64,000 bases of DNA, from positions 1 through 64,000 of the forward strand of contig MU053995.1 in the NCBI GenBank assembly GCA_013239625.1, written 5' to 3'. Shown piece after piece: positions 37,901 through 50,454 of this stretch; positions within the stretch are counted from its first letter, which is position 1, and each line of letters begins with the position of its first letter. The translations under genes were made by a program, and so were the position numbers. The DNA comes from Lama guanicoe. Its lineage: Eukaryota. The notes under the pieces were generated by a model. It worked only from the letters and a program-made list of their open reading frames with translations, searched no databases and was not told where the DNA came from.

Positions 37901-39699
37901 CAAACTATAATGGACGTATATTCAGTTCCGTTAAGGAGAGGCATCTGGTCCCCAGTGATCAGTGGTGTCAAAGTTCTGAGTACACGGTGAGCAGTTTCCT
38001 GAAGTTGAAAGAGCCCTGTGGCCACAGGTCCCCACATTGGGGCTCTCTGGGGCTCCAAGGCTCTTCCTTGCACTCAGCACAGTTTGCTCCAATGTGCTCT
38101 GCAGTTGATGAAGTCTTCCTCTCCCTGACTGTGAACACAAGCAAACACAAGAGTGTCTCAGCTAAACACCAGCTGCTCTGCTTCCTCTTTTCCCCATTTC
38201 TGTTCAAGTAGGTCAAAATTTCTTTATTTTCTCAATCATTTGGGAGATGGTTGCAACATGTTGTTCCATAATTAGCGTACAAGAGCAATTACCTCCTTCC
38301 AACTATCCTGGGTGAGTTTTTAATGTACTATATCTGAGTGTGAAAGAAGGAGCATTTGCATGGAACATGTTATAAATAATCATGATTATCCTTTTATTAT
38401 AGACTAGTAAACAGGACTGACATTCTAAATTTCATCTTATGGAGTTCATTGGTATCACATGACTTTCCCTCATTTTCTTGTAATCAATTAATTATTTAAG
38501 ATTAGTAAACTCAGAAGTTAAAATTATTTATTTTCCTAAATTAATTTTAATGATAAAAACATGGCTTAGTAACTGTAGAGATTTTGAGCAAATTGTTACA
38601 AAATTAATCACTACTTTTATTCACCACATCTGAATGTAAAAAAAGGATGTTTTTACCGCAGCATAAATTTAATGTAATTATAATGACCTTAAAGTAAGCA
38701 GCAGAGTGGACAGAGTACCGATGGATTTAAGACTGCCATTCTGTCCTCCATCATGTCCACTGAACTGTAAGCATCTTGCTTTACTCCTATTTTCATGTCA
38801 TTAATTAAGTTGGCATATTATTCTTCTAAATGAATTTTTAATTATAAAAACAATACTTAACATCTGCAGGGAATTTGAATAATACAGAAGCACACAATGA
38901 TTGAAAAAAAAAAAACAGCCCTTATGAAATTCATCCTCAGCTAGCCAAAGTTGCTGTTCATATTTTGATGTATTTCCTTCTGGTGTTTTTCTCTCTGCTT
39001 CTACATATTTTCACAAACATATATTCCTCTTTCTACCAACCTAGGTAATTCTGAATCTTCAATTTTGTTCCCTTTTTCATATTATGTTGTAAGTTAGCCA
39101 TGTTTACCCCCATTCTCCTACAATGTTGTATAAATGGCTATGTTTTTGTAAGACGATTTCATAAATATCAGAAATTACTATTAAAGGACCCTTAAAAGGT
39201 CTAAAATTTTTCTCCATGGTAACACTGTAATGAACATCTCTGTCCATAGAGTTTAGACTGTATCTCTGAATACTGACTAAACATTGGACCCTTGAAAACA
39301 ATCTCTGAAGATCAAAAGGTGTACATACTTTTAAGGTCGTTCATGCACCTTGTCAGAGTGCCCTTCAAAATGGCTCTACCAACTTACAGTCATGTAAGAT
39401 TTTCTCTATTATCAAAGGATGCTCAGTACAGAAGGCTAATCATGCCCCCGCAGTGTCTTAAGTGTGAATGAAAAGCACGGACCAGCTCCACATCAGGAAT
39501 TTAAAGATTTCCAAGGAAAATTGATTAGATGTGCAGCTGAGGTGCTTCCCAACGTTGTTCTAGAGGGAAATGACCCCTCAAGGACCGTTTTGGACGAGCC
39601 ACTGACCTTTTTCAAAGAGACCAGCACAAAATGCCCTCAGCTTGAATGTGAAAAAGACCTATACCTCATCCCAAATTTCCCTCATGTCTTCCAAACCCA

Positions 39700-40200
39700 C
39701 ACTTCGGTATTCAAGTCAGGGTTCGTGACAAGCAGCCAATTAGGGTTTGAGGTTTCGGGCGGAGGGTAGGGGGGGAGCGGTGCCTGCATTCGTGATTAGC
39801 TCTTGCACAAAGGGAAGCAATTGCATACCTTGACCTTTAATGTCATGCTGCACACCGTGCAGCGAGAGCTCCAGGTGAACCAGTCCTGGTCCTCTTTCAC
39901 TTCTAGCTGGAACTGAAGGCGTCACTGTCTGTTTTTCCCCTGGGGATGAGATTATGCATCGCCCTCCCAAGGGATCCTTGTGGCTGAATTGCTGTTTATC
40001 AAAGGCTTGGAAGAGAGGACTTGACACTGAATGCAAATGATTGATTGGGGAAGCCCAGCCCACCACATCGCTAGCTAAAGAGGCCCTGGGTTTCTCATAA
40101 AACGAGGCTGCGTTTAATAGCTTTCATCCTTCCAGAGTTCCTGGGGTGATTGTGCAAGAGACTCACGATCTGATCACAAGAACAGAAAGAGTGCCTGTAC
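39700..40200. promoter_or_regulatory. Putative enhancer / conserved non-coding element
   Basis: Repeat-free and CpG-retaining, with clustered motifs TGACCTTT 39831, TCCCAAGGGA 39965, ATCAAAG 39998, ATGCAAAT 40031, TGATTGAT 40038 and CTCATAAAA 40094. Confidence 0.45.
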
Positions 40201-41032
40201 TGCCGATAACAAAGAATTACACAAGGCCTGGAACCAACACCGTTTTAAAACACTTGGTGGAAATCGAAGCTGCAAAGCATTGTATCATCTGGGGCCATCG
40301 TGGAGGGGCCAGCTAAAGCGACCCCCGCACACATCCTTTCACAAGCGCGGAGCTTTCAATGGGGATTTTAAAACCAGCTAAACTTTAGCTTGCTCTGCAG
40401 TGTTGAAGCCTAGTCGGTTTACAGCAGCAAATACTGGCAGCGTGGCAAGAAAGAAACTGAAATGCAACCCAGCTCTGGGATTGAGAGCTCTTCACACTCA
40501 AATGTCGCCGACACTGGGGTGCGGCTTCTCCGCTCATTATCTTCTGTCAAACAAGGGCTGGAAATGTCAGCCCAGATCCAGATCCAGAGGGGCCAGGGGC
40601 CAAGAGCCACGGCGCTGGGGCCCGGGTTTATATTAAGAGCAAGTCTAGGGAAAAAAAAAAACCATTCAGCTGATTTCAAGACTTCCTGGAGCCGCCGTTG
40701 AACCCACAGTGTTTTCTTTCCAGGGAAAAGTAAAGAGCCAATCACAGCTGAGGTTTCTCAGCGTGTTCTGCCCATATTTGGCTGTAATTTTGTTTTATTC
40801 AACTAGATTCATAAGCTATGCACTTGAAAAGCAAGGCTTTGAGAAGAATATGTGTGTCTCTCTCTCTCTCTTATAAAGTACATCTTATCTTGATGTATTT
40901 GGAGCTTCCTGTGAACATACTTCCTAACAAAGAAAAATGTAGTGTAGAAACTCTTTTTTGTTTCCTTGTTAACCTATAATAATAATAATTTGAAAATGCT
41001 TCAGCCATAACTGCTGACTTTATATCATTTCA

Positions 41033-41037
<5 letters not shown>

Positions 41038-41071
<34 letters not shown>

Positions 41072-41087
41072 CCTGTCGTTTTCTCTA
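41038..41087. repeat. (CA)n microsatellite
   Basis: About 25 perfect CA units. Confidence 0.95.
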
Positions 41088-41389
41088 GCAAAAAGACAAA
41101 AACAAAAGCAACAGAAGTGGCTTACGGTGATATCTAAGAACATAGAATGCCACATTCATTAGTAAATTTTAATAAGTTTAGGCTATTTGTTTCTCAGAGA
41201 TTCCAGGAAGTAAATACATACTTTAAAGTTTCATTTTAAGTATTGCTGAGGAGGATGATCAAGATTTGAAAAAAGCAGAAGACACAAATGTGATAAACTT
41301 TATTATATATTTCCTATTGAGATAAAAATACTTAAAATTTACCATTTTAACCATGTTTTTGTACACTTGGTGTCATTAAGTAACACAGT

Positions 41390-41989
41390 TCTGTGCAGTC
41401 AATATCAGTATTACTCAGGTGGGAAGCCCCATGCAAAAGATGGCAGGACTCCCAGGCAGGGCACTACCCTCCTGCCAGCACCATTTGGGTCCCAGGCCTA
41501 CATTATTTTGCTTTTTAAACTCTGAATTGGCTTACTTCTAGGAAAGTGAACTTATCCCTAAGGTTCTATTGGTTCCCTGGGCTAACTCCTGATTGGTCCA
41601 TTTGTAGTGCTTCATTAGCATGGAGCTCACACCTGATTGGTCCATTTCTCTCAATCCTGATTGGTCCAGTTCTCTCACTACTGATTGTTCCCTTTCTACA
41701 CAGCTTGTTCCTAATTAGTCATCTTTGTTATACCTTATTTGCATATGATATTGCAAAATGTTGCAAAGTCTAGACTGGTAGTCTATAAAAGCCTGTGTAA
41801 ACCTACAGACAGGGTCCAAAGGTTAAAGTATTTACTCTTCTGGGCCCACTGGCATAATAAATTTGAGTTCCCCAACCCTCCAAATGCTACTTGGTCTCTC
41901 GCCAGGATCCAGGTTGCTGTCACAACTGAGCTGTCACAACTGAGCTGTAACACCAAGCTGTAACACCAAACTATAACGGAGCTGTAACA
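41390..41989 (+). mobile_element. ERV solo LTR (ERV1-like) inserted in an old L1 3' end; 5' boundary uncertain
   Basis: Repeated CTGATTGGTCC, TATAAAA 41784, AATAAA 41856, U5 repeats GCTGT(A/C)ACA, terminal CA at 41989; L1 3' sequence on both sides. Confidence 0.8.
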
Positions 41990-42910
41990 CATTTTGTGCA
42001 ACATTACCATAATTTTTCTATCACTACTAAACTGAAGTTCTGTATCCAGTAAGCAATAGCTGTCCATTTGTACCTTTACCAAAGCCCCTCTATTCTTCTT
42101 TCTGTATTTATGAGTTTGTGTGTTATAGATACATATCAGCACAATTATACAATATTTGTTCTTTTGTCTCCAATTCGACTGGCAGAATGTTTTTGAGATT
42201 CTTCAATATTATGATACTTTATTCTTTTTTATGGCTGAATAATATTTCATTGTATACACCATACTTAGCTTATCTACTAAACTGTTCACAAACATTTGTG
42301 TTATTTTCACCTTTTGGTTATTGTGAATAATGCTGCTAGGAACATTGGTATGGAAATATCTGTTTAAATCCCTTCTTTACTCCTTTTGGGCTATGACAAT
42401 TAACATTGCTAGATCATCTGGTAATTCTTTTCAAATGTAATTATATATTTTTTATAATTTATTTTATTGTATAAATTAAGTATAACACAAAATTTACCAT
42501 GTTAATAATTTTATGTATACAGTGTGATAGATTTTAGTACATTCACATTGTATGTAACCATCACCACTATTCATTTCCAGAATGTTTCATCATTCCAAAA
42601 TTCTGTACCAATTAATCAGTAACTCCTTATTAGTTCCTCTCCTTAGCTCTGGTAACAACTATTCTACTTTTGTTCTCTAAGTATTTGACTATTTTAAATG
42701 TCTTACATAAGCAGAATTGTACAATATTTGGCCTTTTATTCCTGGCATATTTTACTTAGTATAATGTTCTCAAGTTTCATTCATGATGTAGCATGTCAGA
42801 ATGTCATTCCTTTTTAAGGCTGAATATAAACTATGTTTGTGCCACATTTTGTTTATCTGTCAATAAACATTTGGTTTGTTTTCAGATTTGCCTATTGCGA
42901 ATAATGCTGC
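41990..42910 (-). mobile_element. Two old L1M 3' end fragments
   Basis: ttatggctgaataatatttcattgtata; acattcacattgtatgtaaccatcaccactat; ctctggtaacaactattctacttt. Confidence 0.8.
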
Positions 42911-43039
42911 TAACTGAAGGAATCGCAAAATGGCTTCCCTGACATCAAGACAGCTTACAGAGTTCACTTTGATTGATTAACTAGTTTTCTCAGAGTTTTT
43001 CCTAACTGACAAACCTGTTTCTTCCCTTGCTGTCTGTTG

Positions 43040-43092
43040 ATATATAGATATAGATATAGATAAAGATACAGATATAGATAGATATAGATACA
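43040..43092. repeat. (TAGATA)n-like microsatellite
   Basis: Directly visible. Confidence 0.85.
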
Positions 43093-43099
43093 GAAACAA

Positions 43100-45655
43100 C
43101 AGCTTCTTTATCCAGTCATCTGTTTAGTTTTCTTCCATATCTTGGATATTGTAAATAATTCTGCTCTGAACATTGAGGTGCAGGTATCTTTTCAAGTTAG
43201 TGTTTTTGTTTTATTCAACATCTATACACAGAAGTGAAATTGCTAAATCATACAGTAGTTCTACTTTTAGTTTTTTGAGGAACTTCTGTAATATTTTCCA
43301 TAGTGATTGCACCAATATACATTTCCATGAACTGTGTATAAGTATTCATTTTTCTCCACATTCTAACTAACTTTTGTTATTGTAGGCTTTTTGAGACAGC
43401 CATCTTGACAGGTATCTCATTATAGTCTTAATTTGCATCTGTATGTCTTCTTTGGAAAAATGTATATTAAGGTTTTCTGCCTATTTTTAATTCAGGATGT
43501 TTGTTTTTTGATGTTGAGTTGTATAAGCTGCTTATATATTTTTGGATAGTAACTGATTAGTCATATAATTTACGAATATTTTCTCCCATTCATCTGGTTG
43601 CCTTTTCATTTTGTAGCTAATTTCCTATGCTGTGCAAAAGTTTTTGTTTTACTAGGTCTGATGAATTCATTTTTGCTTTTTTTTTCCTTAAGAGACAAAA
43701 CCTAAAAATATTGCTATGATTTATATCAAAGAATATTATGCCAATATTCTCTTCTAGGAGTTTCATGGTTCAAGGTTTTACATTTGGATCTTTAATCAAC
43801 TTTGAGTTGATTTTTATATGTAGTGTGAAGGAATGTTCTAGTCTTATTCTTTTGCATGTAGCTTTGCAGTTTTCCCAGCAACACATATTTAAGAGACTGT
43901 CTTTTGTCTGGAATATTTTCTTGCTTTGTCGAAATTAATTGACTGTAGATGTGTGGCTTTATTTCTGGGCTCTCTATATTCTTTTCCGTTGATCTGTTTG
44001 TCTATTTCTGTGCCCATACCATGCTATTTTAATCACTGTATATCTGTAATATGGTCTGAAGTCTGGGTTATGCCTCCATCTTTGTTATTTTTTCTTAGGT
44101 TGCTGGGCAATTTGGAATCTTTTGTGGTTCCATATAAATTTTTGGATTTTTTTTTTAGGTCTGTAAAAAAATCATGGATATTTTGATAGGAATTACATTA
44201 AATCTCTATATTTCTTTGGATAGTATGAATGTTTTAACAATATTAATTTTTCCAATCCAAGACACAGGATATTTTCTCATTTCTTTGTATCTTCTTCAAA
44301 TTGCTTCATCAGTGTTTTATAGTTTCCATAGTATAAGTCTTTCACCTCCTTGGTTAAGTTTATTCTTAGGTATATTATTATTTTTGACATAATTTTAGAG
44401 AATATTGTCTTTTTGCTTTCTCTTTCTGAGAGTTCATTATTAGTGTATAAAAAAGCAAAAAGTTTCTGTATATTAATATAATAGCCTACAACAGTACTAA
44501 ACTCATTTATTAGGTATTTGGTGGAGGTTTAGGGTTTTCTATATATAGTATCATATCATCTGCAATAGTGACAGTTTTACTCCTTATGTTCCAATATGCA
44601 TACCTTTTATTTCTCTTTCTTGCCTGATTACTGTCACTAGGATTCCAATACTATGTTAAAAAGAAATGACAAGAGAGTGGGTATCTTTGTCTTGTTTCTG
44701 ATTTCAGATGAAAGGGCCTCAGCTTTTCACAGCTGAGTATAATTGTCATAGTTGACCTTTATTATCTTCACATATGTTCCTTCTATACCAACTTTGATAA
44801 CAGTTTTTATCATGAATTGGTCTGAGTTTTGTCAAATATATTTTTTGGTGTCAATTGAAATGATCATTTAATTTAATCTTTCTTTTGTTAATGTGGTTTA
44901 TCATATTATTAATTTGAGAATTTTGAACTAATCTTGCTTCTCTGGATTCAACCCCACTTGAATATGGTTTGCAATCTATTTTATATGTTGTGGGATTCAA
45001 TTTGCTAATATTTTTTGAGGCCTTTTGCACCTATATTCATCAAATATACTGATGTGTACTTTTCTCTCTCTCTTTTTTTTTTTTTGTAGGTGCTTTGTCT
45101 GATTTGATATCAGAGTAATGATGGCCTTGTAAAATAAACTTCTGAATATTCTATCCTTTTCAATTTTGGTGAAGAGTTTGAGAATAATAGATACTAGCTC
45201 TCTTTTATGTATTTGATAGAATTCACCTGTGAAGCTGTCTGATCCTGGATTTTGTTTTCATGAATTTTTTAAAATTATAAATTCAATTTCACCCCTAGTG
45301 ATCAGTCTGTTCAAATTGTCTATTTCTTCTTGTTTAAGTCTTCACCGGTTGTATGTTTCTAGAACTGTATCTATTTCTTCTAGGTTGTCCAGTTTTTCAG
45401 CATATAACTGCTTATACTATTCTCATGATATTTTATATTGCTGTGATATTTGCTGTTTTCCCCCCTTTTGATTTCTCATTTTATTAATTTCAGTCCTCTT
45501 TGGTTTATTATTCTTGGTGAGTCTTGCTAAAGGTTAATCAATATTGTTTATCTTTTCCAAAAAAGCTCTTTGTTTTGTTGACATTTTCTATTATTTTTTA
45601 TTCTCTACCTGATTTACTTCCTCTGTGATCTTTATTATATTTTTTCTTCTTGGCT
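43100..45655 (-). mobile_element. Degenerate L1 ORF2
   Basis: Continuous antisense L1 ORF2, e.g. ttcacctccttggttaagtttattc and tagaattcacctgtgaagctgtctgatcctgga. Confidence 0.9.
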
Positions 45656-45659
45656 GTGC

Positions 45660-47038
45660 TTTTTCTTTTTTTTTTAAATAGACATATAGTTGATTTAATG
45701 TTATGTTTGTTTCACGTGCAGAACATAGCGATTCCATATTTTTATGGATTATACTCCATTAAAAGTAATCATAAGATAATGACTATAGTTTCCTGTGCTG
45801 TGCAATATATCTTGTTGCTTATCTATTTTATGCATTATAATTTATATCTCTTTATACTGTACCCTGAACTTTCCCCTTTCTCCTTTTCTTTCTTCTGTGG
45901 TAACCACTATTTTGCTTTCTAAGGCTGTGAGTCTATTTCTTTCTGCTAATACATTCCTATTTAGATTCCATATATAAGTAAGACAGTATTTGTCTTTCTC
46001 TGTCTGACTTATTTTACTTAATACCCTCCAAGTCCATTCATGTTGTTGCAAATATCAGAATTTAATTTCTTTTTATGGCTGAGTAATTGTCCATGGTATA
46101 AATATGCCACATCTTTTTTAACCATATCTTGGCTATTATAAATAGTGCTGCTGTAAATATTGGAGTGCATATATCTTTTCAAATCAGTGATTTGGTTTTG
46201 TTTTGTTTTCAGGTAATACCCAGAATTGGAATTGCTAGATCATATGGTAATTCTGTTTTTTGAGGAATCTCCATACTGTTTTCTCTAGGGTCTGCACCAA
46301 TTTACATTTCTACTAACAGTGTAGGAGGGTTTCCTTTTCTGTACATCATTGCCAACACTTCTTGTTTCTTGTTCTTTTCAATAACCATTTTTACAGGTGT
46401 GTGGTGATATGTCCTTGTGATTTTGATTTGAATTTCTTTATTGATTAGGAATGTGAAGCATATTTTCATTGCCAGTTGGTCATAAGTATATTACCTTTGG
46501 AAAAATGTCTATTCATGTCCCCTGCACATTTCTTAAGAAGATTTTTTTTTTGATCTTGAATTGTATGAATTTTTTATATATTTTGGATATTAACCTGTTA
46601 TTGGATATACTGTTTTTAAATAACCTCTCCCATACAGTAAGTGGTCTTTTAAATTTTGTTGATAGTTTCCTTAACCATGCAAAAGCTTTATTGTTTGATG
46701 TAGTTCCATTTGTTTGTTTTTACTTATGATGCCCTTTCTTGAGGAGCTGTATCTAGAAAAATAGTGCTGAGATTAGTGTCAAAGAGCACACTGCCTATGT
46801 TCTATTCTAGGGGATTTTGGTTTCAGATATTATATTTAAGTATTTAATATATTTTAAGTTAATTTTTGTGTATTGTAAAATAGTGGAATACTTTCATTCT
46901 TTTGCATACGGTTGTTCAGTTTTCCTAATACAATTTAATGAAGAGGCTTTCCCCATTGTATGGTCTAGCCTCCTTTGTAAATTAATTGACCATGAACTGT
47001 TTATTTCTGGGCTATGAATAATCTTTCCTTGATCCATG
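45660..47038 (-). mobile_element. L1 3' UTR and ORF2 C-terminus
   Basis: T-rich tail at ~45660; ORF 45842..46051 has SKISQTEKDKYC. Confidence 0.88.
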
Positions 47039-48745
47039 TTACAAGATTAACGTTCAAAAATCAATTGCATTTATTTACACTAACAATGAATCAACAGAAA
47101 AAGAAAGTAAAGAAACAATCCCCTTTAAAATAGCACCCAAAGTAATAAAATACCTAGGAATAAATCTAACCAAGGAGGTGAAAGAATTATACACAGAAAA
47201 CTATAAACCATTGAGGGAAATTAAAGAAGACTTTAAAAAATGGAAAAATATTCCATGCTCTTGGATTGGAAGAATCAATGTTGTTAAAATGATCACAGTA
47301 TGCAAGGCAACATACAGATTTAATACAACCTCTACCAAGTTACCCACAATATATTTCACAGAACTAGAACAAACCATAATAAAATTTATATGGAACCACA
47401 AAAACCCTAGAATTACCAAAACATTACTGAAGAAAAAGAAAGAGGCTGGAGGAATAACCCTCCCAGACTTGAGACAATACTACATAGCTACAGTAACCAA
47501 AACAGCATTGTTTTGGTGCAAAAACAGATATATGGGTTCCCAGAAAGGAACCTACAAACTTTTATTCAATTAAGCTTTGTCAGAGGAGGCAAGAATATAC
47601 AACGGAATCAAGACAGTCTCTTCAGCAAATTGTTTTGGGAAAACTGGACAGCAGCATGTGAATCAGGGAAGTTAGAACACTCCCTTACACCATACATAAA
47701 AATAGACTCAAAATGGATCAAACATATCTTAAACATAACACAAGATTCAATAAACCTCGTAAAAGAAAAACATAGACAAAACATTATCTCACATACATCT
47801 CAGCAATGTTCTAGGGCAGTCTACCCAAGCAATACAAATAAAAGAATAAACAAATGGGACATAAATAAATTTACAAGCTTCTGCACAGCAAAAGAAACCA
47901 TAAGTAAAACAAAAGGACAACCTATGGAATGGGAGAAAATTTTTGCAAACAGTGAAACTGACAAAGGCTTGATCTCCATAATATATAAGAAGCTCATAAG
48001 ACTTAATAAGAGGAAACACAAATACCCAATCCAAAAATGGGCAGAAGACCTAAACAAGCAAGTCTCCAAGGAAGACATACAAATGACCTATAGGCACAAG
48101 AAAAACTGCTCAGTGTCATTAATTATCAGAGAAATGCAAATCAAAAGTATGATGAGGTATCACCTCACACCAGTCAGAATGGCCATCATTCAAAAATCCA
48201 CAAATGACAAATGCTGGAGAGGCTGTGGAGAAAAGGGAACCCTCCTACACTGCTGGTGGGAATGCAGTTTGGTGCAGCCATTGTGGAATACAGTATGGAG
48301 ATTCCTCAAAAGACTAGGAATAGACTTACCATATGACCCAGGAATCCCACTCCTGGGCTTGTATCTAGAAGGAACCCTACTTCAAAATGACACCTGCACC
48401 CCGATGTTCATAGCAGCACTATTTACAATAGCCAAGACATGGAAACAGCCTAAATGTCCATGGACAGATGACTGGATAAAGATGAGGTGGTATATTTATA
48501 CAATGGAATACTACTCAGCCATAAAAGTGACAATGCAATTTGCAGCAACGTGGATGTCCCTGGAGAATGTCATTCTAAGTGAAGCAAGCCAGAAAGAGAA
48601 GGAAAAATACCAGGAGATCACTCATATGTGGAGTCTAAAAACAACAACAGTAATAACAACAACACATAAATATGAAACAGAAACAGACTCATAGACATAG
48701 AATACAAACTTGTGTTTGCCAAGGGGGCGGGGGTGGGAAGGGACA
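47039..48745 (+). mobile_element. Younger L1 fragment: ORF2 C-terminal half with a 393-codon open stretch (47513-48694); both ends truncated
   Basis: [20 protein letters not shown], cysteine-rich [18 protein letters not shown] and [16 protein letters not shown]. Confidence 0.97.
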
Positions 48746-50454
48746 GCTGACATCCATGCCTTTTATAATAACAACTATATTTTATTTCAAACAGTTGTTT
48801 TAACATACAATTTTATTAATCTTTAAACAATTTTGCAAAGTAGCTAAGTTAAGTCTTCTCATTTCCACTGTATAGCTGAGAAAACAGACTCAGAGCTGGT
48901 GCTGCCTTTGTCAAAACTTTAATACTGTGTTTGCCTGCTCAGGCGGTATTGCATAGTCCTAGGGTCACAGGAGTTCAGATACTGAAAATGAATTGGGTCA
49001 ATGCCATTTGGGAGCCTGGGAGCATACTTGTGGTTTCCTCTGCCTGAGGGTGGCCTGTGGGGTTTTGGTTTTGTTCACTGTAACATTCCAAAGGACTTTC
49101 TGGCTGCAAACATGGGCTGGCAAAATGTAGACTGTGCAGCTGTGACCAGCTGTGGTCAGTTACACCCCCAAAACCTTTGCTGACAGCAGCATGTTGACAC
49201 AAAGTCCCCTGCAGGTGGCTGACCTGGCCGGAGAAGGGACCTCCTCTGCCTTGGGTGCATGGCCAAACTTGCTGTTAGAAACACAAATCCTTCTGTATAT
49301 TGAAATATTAGGGGGTTTCTATTGTTAGTCAATCTTTTCACGGCACAAATTTCGGAGGAATTATAAGACATTTTCAGAGAATAAGACCGGTTAAGCTCTC
49401 TTCCACTGAACTTCAGTTTAGCTAGAATGCTTTGTGTGGCATTCTGAAAAAAATATTATGCTTTTCATGTGTGTGGCGTTAAAAAATTATAGATTATTGG
49501 AAATAAGCAAAATGATGACTGCATGAGCTTTCAGAGTCATTCTAACTCACTGTTTACCAAACTGTTTTAAGGCTTCAACAGCCTGGGAGGGTATTTAATT
49601 TTCTGTGGAAGTGTATCTTTGTTTGACTTACTATGCACCATTGATTAAAACCTGGACTCTATGAAGTAGAATTTTAATTTGTACACTAACTTACCATTAA
49701 TTTTAGTCCCTTAAAATGCAACTGATTTTTGTTCCTTAGAAAGGATAATCCTAAAAATTACAGTTTTATTGTCTTGTAAGGCACTAAACAGTTTTGTTTT
49801 TATCTTTATCATAGCCAACATTTTTTCTTTCCATTGAAATGAAATGGAGTCTGCTGTAGAGTTCCTAGACAGCATGAGTTTTGGCATTACTGATTGTGTG
49901 ATTCTGCAGATGAAAGAGTAGCATGTGGAACTTTTGGGAACATTGTAAAAGTTGGTTCATTTAACTACAGTAGCAATAGTTTTCCTAGCAAAAACTACTA
50001 GCCAATAAGTTCCAGGTTGGTTACCACCAGTTGAGTCACAAAAGAGAGTCATGAAATAATATATTAGAGTTTTGTTATTTGTATTATGTTAAATTTACAA
50101 ACACCAGTAAGTAATGTTACCATGACAACATCATTATTTATGTCTGCCATCAGTGTACTATGTCACTCATATTCTGGAATCTCAGACAATCTGTCTCTTG
50201 TTCAAAGAAGAATTCTACAAACCATATACAAAACCACAAGATTTTTTTTTCTTAGTTTGTTGCTCAACTTAGGGGATTTTATCTTGCTACCTAAAAATAA
50301 GTCTGTACATTAAGTTATATCTCTAGATTCTAGCTCATAGGAAGTCCTGTAGTTATTTGAAAATCTGGATTGTATTGATAGTGAGGCAAAGGATTCATTA
50401 CTTTTAGATTTTGTATATTGTTTGCTCAAAATGAAGGAACTATTTTATATTCCT

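Noticed and set aside
40031..40730. Immunoglobulin/TCR V gene (octamer plus CACAGTG heptamer at 40705)
   Set aside because: No leader or V-domain frame and no ACAAAAACC-like nonamer at 12 or 23 bp spacing.
41910..41989. CRISPR-like short repeats (also 56165-56258)
   Set aside because: Eukaryotic DNA; these are LTR U5 repeats and a slippage duplication without unique spacers.
47513..48694. 393-aa ORF as a host gene
   Set aside because: It is the L1 ORF2 C-terminus, has a non-ATG start, and has frameshifted ORF2 upstream.
45660..48745. Twin-primed (5'-inverted) single L1
   Set aside because: The minus-strand piece has its own 3' UTR and tail, covers the same ORF2 region as the plus-strand piece, and is more degenerate, so these are two separate elements.
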